From Catajapyx aquilonaris (Eukaryota), in the NCBI GenBank assembly GCA_000934665.2, contig KZ538859.1:1-43981 (forward strand): 43,981 bases of DNA, given 5' to 3'. The position numbers and the translations under genes are program-made. Below are positions 35,001 through 43,981 of the stretch, in pieces. The stretch's first letter is position 1. Every line of letters starts with the position of its first letter. The notes beneath the pieces were generated by a model, which saw nothing but the letters and a program-made list of their open reading frames with translations, made no database searches and had not been told where the DNA came from.

Positions 35001-38000
35001 TTAGGGTCTGGAGATCCACTGCAGCTTCCTGATAGCGGATTCTAGCCTTGCATTGCAATATATTCTGGCTCCCTAATAAAGCACATATCCTGCTATTCCT
35101 GCTCCACAATATTGATAATACTGTATAGAATCAGCCGGTGAGCAACTTGCCATTGCAAGGACTTTATTGTCGTACCCTACAAGGTATGATTGGTATCTAT
35201 CAGGAATATATTATTAACTTGGATCTAAGGAATGCATCTCACTTCTTGATGAGCTTAATTTTAGTGGGAGAAGTAAACCAATAAATGCACCAACTCGTAC
35301 ATGTAATCCAAAGTTTTGGAAATTCTGGTCCTTCCGCTTACCTTTTTCAGTACTGCTTCGTCAATGAGCATAATATTTTGCATCAACATCATGGTCTAAT
35401 ATCGTAACTCTGTGTACACCTTTGCGAATTATATTCCCGAGCATCAGCGGTGAATGATAATAGTAGCATATACCAGCCTTTCTGTCCACACCCAAATGTC
35501 ACGCAGGGAATAGCGATAGTGCGAATGTGCATTATTGGTAAAATGAATTTATTTTATTTCTAAATTCAGTTTTCGACTATTCTTGACTCTAGGTATATTC
35601 ATCCTCCTTCCATGATGCATTCTTTTGATTGCAGACCCTAATAGGTTTATAGGGTATACGCGAAGCTAAGAAAACAGCTAAGAAAACAATGACCTTTCTA
35701 ATGGCAGATGCGGAATTGCAGCATAATCCTGGTATACCGGTAACTTCTGGAACACCGGCGCGGCGGTATGATGAACTTTGTGTATAGAGAGCGTTGTATT
35801 CCAAACCTTTGGTAATTTATGAATCATTGTTAGTACCGTATGGAATAAATAAATAAACGTATACAGTACATCGTGCAGTTTTACTGAACTTAGTCCGGAA
35901 ATTTTTGCTTGCCAACATGCTCTATGATATTCATGTGCTATATTCACCATGTTACCCGGTAAAGAAATGACCACATTCATTCCAATGATTGTCACCAAGA
36001 CATTGAAATTACTGTCCACTAATTAATTAAAACGCGCACACTGTAAATGAAAGTTGTGTTGCAAGTGTGTCTGATGGGAGCGTGATGGCACGGTCTCATT
36101 TGATTGCTCCGTAAGCACGAACGACAAGCTTTGCTCCCAGCAACCTCTTCAGCATGACATAACCCGAGGGGTCAATTGGACAACATCTGCACGGGAGCTG
36201 ACGATTTACCTGACTCGTCGTTCGGATTTATTCGCATTCATTCAGGTCATTCATTCCAGTTTCTTCGTGAAGAAGTCGAGCTGGAATAAAGGTGAAGCAA
36301 CGACGTTACGGGCTGTATTTCATGTTTGGTCACGACCTGCCACAAGGGGGTTGAGGGAAACGGGGATACTGGATGTTCCTTCCCTCAAGGGTTCACCCCG
36401 TTTCTACTATAGTAATCAGTGTCTTGTGTTTTGCCCCCAGTCCCACAAGATCTGTTCATTAGACCCCTCGGATCATATGTCAAATGTAATTACGGAGGTG
36501 TCAACGATACACCCTGATTCCATGGCATCGGGTACGTCTTAGAAACGGTACATGCGTGCTGCGATGTATGAGGTGACGGGAAGAACTTTCGGAACGTGTG
36601 ATGGAAAAAAATGGAAAAGGAAGAAGGATAGGAGGGCGGTGTCTTTGGGTGGACTGTGGAATTTACTCGTCGGATTAGGCTAAAGCATGCTTTGTTGAGT
36701 TAGGCCGTTTGGGCTGTCTGGGAATGAAAAACCGGAAGAGGACCCCCATATTATTCAAATTACACTACTCGTGAGTGAACAAGTCCAGATATTTTCACTG
36801 CGTATTGCAAGTATAGCTTGAAATTAACCTGCACTAATATTGGCATATGTCACGTCCTGTCCTGTTTTCGAGAGCCTATGACGAGGTCTTCAAATAGATA
36901 TGCATGATACTGTTGCGTAAGGACAATATTTTTAGTAAGTTGTAACATGGTAGCAAGGAAATGGTCAACACACACAATAAATCACATACTCCCGACATCC
37001 CCATGCTAGAATACTAGAATTTTAAAAAGCGACCTGAAAGGGTTAGTGATATCTTCGAGTAAAGCTTCCTACTCGCAGACTATACAGTTCATGCGTTACT
37101 AAATATTTTAGTCACATTAATGATTAATAACACATTTTGGCGAGAAAGTGAACACACGACCTTTGACCTCTCAGCCACAAAAAGAATTACTTACCCGATT
37201 GCGCACTAGTTACATCGATGTGAGTCGCGTCACCAGTACTGCTTTCCCCTACCTTCAAAGCTGCAGCAACACTTTCATCACCTGACATCGATAATTAGTA
37301 GCTACCAGCACCGCTGAATCTCTGAGGCAAATTGCGAATGGCCAGCAAGATTTATCAGAATGTTTCTACGACTGAGTCAGGTGCTGCAGGAAGATGGGCT
37401 CGGAGCCCCAGGTGGGGGTGTTGATCAGCAATAAAGAAACGAACGTGACTCTAGGGCTGGACAGGAGTGTCTCCAGAATGACTTCAGCAAAGGTGCACCT
37501 GCTGTCTTTGTTAGAAAAACTGGGATCAGGTTAGCGGATGGAGAATAACAAGTTGGAAGCAATATTTTCTCGGGAATTACCCATAGTGGGCAAGTTCGGG
37601 TTTGACCTGTAGCAACTTGCATCAGTTTGAGATCCAGTGTAGCTTTGTATACAGCAGGCACACGACTGATCCAATCACTTTTGACATTTTCTGCTGGCCC
37701 GAATAGGGTAACAAAATAAAATGGCGCCATCTTCGGTTGTCTGAATTATATTGGGTAGGGTATTATGTCATGCATGAAGTACTGGTGCCTGAGATAACTT
37801 TGTTTACTTCCAAGCTGACTTGGCTAAGCCCCCGTCTGGAGAACGAATAGTCCAAAAGAGATCCCCCACTGCGATGATCGTGACCATAAAATACGAAAGT
37901 GGTGTCATTAAAGTGAGCTCCTTGACGTTGGCGCCACACACTTTGGGACTGGTAGGCCCACCGCCCCCCCTCACCCCTCCTTTCTTGTCTACTCACCTGT

Positions 38001-40431
38001 CAACTTTCTGTCCTCACTATGCACATTTTGAGGGTACGGTACTCTTTCAATAAAAACGTCGTGCATAATACATACTATTCTTTCAAATCCTTCAATAATT
38101 TGATCCCCCCCAGCTGTTTCAATTTTTCAAATAACCTAACACGACTTAAGCAACTTGGGTCACAATCGTGCAATGCATATTTCAACCAATTAAACGTAAC
38201 GACGCGACCCGTATGCGCAACAGTAGCCAATCAGTGAGCACCCCATCATTTGTCACGCTTCTGCACGCCTTTTTTCCTTCAAGTGTAAACACGCATCCTG
38301 CCTTTTCTTCATATGTACCCAGTAGCCTGACTTCCTCGTGTATGCACCCTACGAAGACCCACATTGCATCATATTCCGTGAGCAAAGCTCACGTTACTCT
38401 TGACGTCCAACAGATTTCTGCCCCAATCTCCGGCTCTTCTAATGAAGTCACCTACGTACACGAAGAAGGGATAATTTATAGACTTCATTAATAACGTGCC
38501 CTTGATTGAACAGAGTGCCCTCCCCAGTTCTAAACGTACGATTAATCTTTCGGCGCATAGCAATGTCTCGGTAATGTATTCTAATTACGCACTGTGGCCT
38601 TAGGAAAATGATAGGGCTTGTCCTCACTTTAGACGCTTTTCATATGGAACTGCGATAAAAAACGGACAGAGACAGGGTAGAAAATGCGTGCCTTCAAATG
38701 CCATATATTATACAACACCTTTCTGTGGGACCAGTTGAACCTCCCATGTAGAGCGGTGCTGTACAACCTACGAATACCGACAAGTTGAACAGGGGCATCG
38801 TAACTTATTCTGGCTTGTCTGAAGGGGCATAATAATCTCGCCATTAAGTTGCAACCTTTGCCGATGCACGTGACGTTATCTTGGTACGCCTCGTAACCTT
38901 TTTTTTTTCGTGCTTTGCAGCGGGATGGTCAGCCGAGCACAAATTTTCGGACACGTTGCATGGAATTTTGTCAGGTTGTCGTGATGCATGGGCTGCAGGC
39001 ACGTCAGTGCTATATCCGTGTCAGATATGAATTATTGCATTTGATGATAAGTGACATGATTATTAGATTTTGGTGTCATTATTTTCGAAAACTGCATAAT
39101 TGATCAAAAAAAGAGGCTATTAGTGATTCTCAAGTGACTTTGCAGTACCGTACCCTGTTGTACAAGTACCAACAGAGGGTTTAACGTTTTATTGTTTAGA
39201 AACAATAAAGAAAAAATAAAGAAAATCCGCTATTTGTCACACATATTCTCTGTTAAAAGGCAGCTCCCACCCACCAGCTTTTCTGAATGCCACACTACTC
39301 CGGATCACCCACTGCGATAACTGAGGGCGATAACAATCTTGCCGATACACAAAGTCGTCATACGTTACGCACTTGACAACATAAAAATGATAAGTTGGTT
39401 GTACCGGTTATGGCCACTTTGGTCATTAATTAAATGAATAGGTGAACTGAAGAGCCTTAGCCCAATGAGAAAATTACCACTGTAATTTGCGTATTGGACT
39501 AACAAGTACAAGAAAATATATGCCGTATGATCAGACTTCGGGTTCGCTGACCAACAGTCTTCTGACATAAGTTCGGGAAGATCATGTACGTAAATCACCC
39601 ATTAAGATGATTTTCATGACTGATGGTAGAGAGGGGGTGTGGGGGGAGAGAATGGAATATGACAATAGCTACCAAAGAAAAATGGATTCTGGTGAACAGT
39701 TCTAGTCTGATTGAAACCATTACTTTCCAATGGAGTCCAAAGGTAATAAATCCACTTAGTATAAGAAAGAACTTCATACCTACACGTCCTGATGTTGTCC
39801 GAAAGGAGAACGACCGACTTGAGCTCGTCTGACCAAAGCACGCACTTGACCTTCTCCAGGGAGTGGTCCTTCGACCTTCGCTTATTATGCACGATATGTT
39901 GTGTCCCCTAACGATGTTTGTTCAGTTGTAACTCATACGCACAAAATCTATGATACTTTTTCTGCCTGAAACTTTCAAGTCTCCTTGCTTCATATTAAAA
40001 GAAGTGCTGCATTTAAAAAATTATGCACATCCCGGTGGGCAATATGTAGGCTATTTATGTTACCTTGATTGATAAATAAATAAATTGTAAGCTAGTGAAT
40101 TAAAATAATTTATAAACACTCAAACAAGTTAGACATATGTATATGTCAAACTCATGTGCGTAGAGGAAACAGTAACAATGTATGTAATTTCAACAACCTA
40201 TATTCAACTTGTTATATAGTCTACGGATAATGGAGAGAATAATTATGTAGCGAAGCATTATTATGATATTTGAGACGTCCTGCGTTTGTATTTTTTTTTC
40301 TAAAGGAAGAGGAAACAGTCGCATTTTTTTTTCAAGCAACGTTACATGTATACGTTCTGTGAGTCCAACACTAATTTTTATTTTAAATGCAGTTGATTGT
40401 TTATGACCATGGGTGTGGGAGGGGTTACTTA

Positions 40432-40739
40432 CAGGGTGACCCAAAATACTTGTCCAACTAATGTGGCTCTTTGTTGGCACACTAAACTGCTTATTTTCAG
40501 CAGTTACTTTTACATATCGCCTGTACATGGTTATCAAAAGCATTACAGTTTCTAATATTACGTTCCATGACGATATTGTTCCGATGGGCCATTACTAATC
40601 GGAAATACCGCTTTACAGAATGAAGGATTCAGTTCGGCGGAATATAAGTAGTTAATACTTTTGATAACCATTAAAAGTAACTTTGTAAAAGTAACTGCTA
40701 CAAAAAAGCTTGGTCGAATAAGTATTTTGAATCACCATG
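40432..40739. mobile_element. Tc1/mariner MITE (degenerate)
   Basis: TA|CAGGGTGACCCAAAATACTTG / TAAGTATTTTGAATCACCATG|TA. Inner mirrored blocks GCAGTTACTTTTACA and ATGGTTATCAAAAG. Confidence 0.7.
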
Positions 40740-43613
40740 TAGCCTATTCGTTTATTTGGCCGCATTTCATGGAGAAAAAAATGCTACGAATAAACTGGAT
40801 TATTTACACTAGTGGTAAAGATGACATAATTCCGATAATACAGTCTTTTAAAATACACTTTAAATATAGGTATAATATTTGTGAGATTTGGTATATTTTA
40901 GCTAACCCGATTGATATACAGTATTGTGGAGTGCGTCCCTTTCACCTCTCCCAGACATCCTGCAGCTGAGGGGAACTGTATTCCGTCCTGTCCGGTACAT
41001 TGGATGGTGTCTGTTTTGGGTAATCCTTGAAAGCAATAGGGAATAAAAAGTTCCAAGACATTCCTCTAGAACACTTTTAAATGCAGATGGGTGTTGACTT
41101 TTGATATTGACCTCATATGCAGAACATCTCTGCGTGTCACACATGAGCAAGTATTGGTGTAGGCCTATATTTGAGTCAAGAGCACTAACCTTACACAATA
41201 CGTGACCCACTTCTGTGGCATTCGTGTTATGCGAGAGCTCCATTATAGGAACCAAAGTAGTTGGTTGTAATATATTGTCAATCTGTACTGATCGCAGCTT
41301 ATACCCAATATAATAGCAATACTTACATGCCACATTTTTTTGGGAATAATTCTTGGGATACCAAATGACATTGGTTTCGTGAATCATTTATCACGAGAAC
41401 AAAGGTTTCTGCTGCAAGATTGATGTGATGCAATGTACATATTAACTTTCTCATGCAGGTATTGTCCTTGGTGTTAATGTATCGATTTTTTCAACTCTTG
41501 GAGTATGACATTTCCACAGTTTGATTGTTGACTTTTGAGGCGATAAGTTACCCTTGAGTTAATAGGATAGAACAATTACCTGCATGACAAGCTGCGCTTG
41601 TATAATGCAGCGTTGTGCTAATGTGAAGTTTTGAATCACATTTAAAGGTTAACAGGGGTCAAGTGAAGGGGTTACAATTTTTCTCAGGTGATGGGAAATT
41701 AGGCGAGACTTTATAATTATGACTATCACAATGATTTTTCTTGCATCATACTTTGTTCTTTGTACTAACCCATTGCGCAGATTCATTACAATGGGCCATT
41801 GTCATGTTTCCCCCTATAGTTCATGAAAAACCGCAGATCTTGCAAAAATTATAAGTAGTAGGCTAGCTGAATATAATATATTTTTGCCTGCATATGAATC
41901 ATTTTCATGGTGTGGTACCACTGCTTCCAGAAAAAAACAATGCTTAGGGAAATTCTGCCTTTATTCCGATAATCGGAAATAATTTTGTTACTTTTAGTTG
42001 TTCAAAGCAAGTGGTACTCTTCAGGCACTAGATGTCAAAATATGGCGTCCATAATTTCACTTTTACAACTTAACGTGTAAAGACTCCTCTTCCAAGATAT
42101 TTGGTGTAAGTACAGTATATAGGCCTGTGGGTTTTCCAAGCCTATTTATACTATACTGACCTCGGCGGTGATTAGCTTACACCAGTTAATGGGTACAAAT
42201 GCTAATATAACGACTTGCTAAATCATGGCTAGTTTATATTACTTTTCATTTTATATGTCACTAAATAATGGTAGGATAATCTAAATCTTGATGACATTAT
42301 TTTCCTTCAGCCAACTGCTTCTGCCCTCAACGACAAAGTTAATGTGAACATGGATACATCCTCCAAGTCCTATTGCGCATTTTTGACCGCGGCTACTGGA
42401 ATGTTTACAAACGTGTTAGCACAATTTGTGAGGACTTGGTGGGTGGAGCCGGGTTGCCATTCTTCCGTGGCATTCGATTTAAAAATGGGGGCTGAAATCA
42501 CCGTCATTTCTATACCTCACGTATTAGCCTGCAATATCGGTAACACTTTTGTAACTTTCACTACTGAACATTTTAATTGAACATATGCCAAATTGATTTC
42601 TACGAGACGTCGCTAAACAAATATTTGTACATGAAGAGATCAACATGAAATCGTTGAATATCGCTTAAAATTATTGTAAACTCTCATTATCATGTTTTTT
42701 GCTATCCGTGCATACTTATTCAAATGAAACCTACAATACAGAATAGCCAGAGCCACACAAATGATTCGAGGTATGAGAGTTTGAAATTTGAGTATATTGT
42801 TATCCCTTTTTCTTTGTAATTATTGTTCTTGGAGAAAACTGACTTGACCATCAGAAAGTACGATCCAAGGACTACATTTCACAATGTATAACTCAAATCC
42901 GACTAAAATGTGGCCCTGATCGTCCTTCATTTAACGTCTTCATGTACTTTTTGTAGAACAGATTAAAAGGCTCGTGGTACAGTGCTGGCCATATATCGAG
43001 GCAACCGCCAGCGACATTTTTCCGAAGCGGCAGAAGAAGGAATCTTGCTCGCCCGGACAGGAGCGTCGGAACGATTTCGTCGGGGGGGGGGNNNNNNNNN
43101 NNNNNNNNNNNNNNNNNNNNNNNNNNNNNNNNNNNNNNNNNNNNNNNNNNNNNNNNNNNNNNNNNNNNNNNNNNNNNNNNNNNNNNNNNNNNNNNNNNNN
43201 NNNNNNNNNNNNNNNNNNNNNNCCCCCCCCCCCCCCGGATAAAAATATATAGATTTTATATGGTACCACAAGGTTCATATTCGAAAATATATACGTACAT
43301 GTGCAGCAAGGGTAGAAGGGCCTATCAAGACAGGGGATAGTAAGATATTTTCGCCCTTTATGATGTCCTGTACATGGGCGTAGGCAGAAGAATTTCGGAG
43401 GGGGGGCCATTTCGTAAGCACAAGGCGAACAAGCCGTAATGGACGGGGAAAGAGCCCGCCGCAGGCGAAATTTTTGGGGGTTCAAGATCCCACGAGGTTA
43501 GGTGAGATGTGGGAGATTTGAATAGGTGTGTATGTGATGAAATTGGTAGCACTTTTTTCAAAAAAAATCATGAATTAGTAATTTATCATGCTATTTCAAA
43601 CTGTCCTGTATAT

Positions 43614-43704
43614 TGTCGCGGTCCGGACAAAATTGCGTCGCGGTCCGGACAAAATTGCGTCGCGGTCCGGATCCGGACCGCGGTCCGCCAGTTGAATATC
43701 CCTG
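43614..43704. mobile_element. One end of a hAT-like element with 23-bp tandem repeats
   Basis: (GTCGCGGTCCGGACAAAATTGC)-type repeats, then GGTCCGGATCCGGACCGCGGTCCGCCAGTTGAATATCCCTG. Confidence 0.5.
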
Positions 43705-43709
43705 CCGTA

Positions 43710-43960
43710 CACTCTTAGCCCGGTCACCTTTATTTTAGAAGGGTACATGGCACCTTTAAAACAAAAGGTACCGTTGGTCACCTTTATTTAAAGGTGACGA
43801 AATTGCCTGTTTTGTCACCTTTATTTTAGAAGGGTACATGGCACCTTTAAAACAAAAGGTACCGTTGGTCACCTTTATTTAAATGTGACGAAATTGCCTG
43901 TTTTGTCACCTTTATTTTAGAAGGGAATATGTCTCCTTAAAAATAAAAGGTACCGTTGAA
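43710..43960. repeat. 91-bp tandem repeat (about 2.6 copies) after a CACTCTTAG terminus; possibly a CMC/EnSpm-like element end
   Basis: The unit GTCACCTTTATTTTAGAAGGG starts at 43723, 43814 and 43905. Confidence 0.7.
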
Positions 43961-43981
43961 CCCTGTAAAGTTTTAATCAGG

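Overview
Eukaryotic DNA, almost certainly arthropod (it carries an R&R cuticle protein), from a fragmented short-read assembly whose N-gaps sit in poly-G/C runs. Two spliced protein-coding genes can be built, both on the minus strand. One is a divergent two-exon MATH-BTB (SPOP/roadkill-like Cullin-3 adaptor) gene at 7210-8697. The other is a secreted pro-resilin-like cuticular protein with an R&R chitin-binding domain, in 3-4 exons from 13874 to 19106/19173. The rest is intron or intergenic DNA rich in non-autonomous transposons: hAT, Tc1/mariner/pogo and PIF/Harbinger MITEs, long fold-back palindromes, tRNA-derived SINEs and microsatellites. The most notable structure is a nested insertion at 3759-6352, where a Tc1/mariner-type fold-back element is split by a second palindrome and by a Helentron/Helitron remnant carrying a decayed Pif1 helicase C-terminus. 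Most ORFs in the supplied track are spurious. I could not support a genuinely new biological system; the best leads are listed with modest scores.
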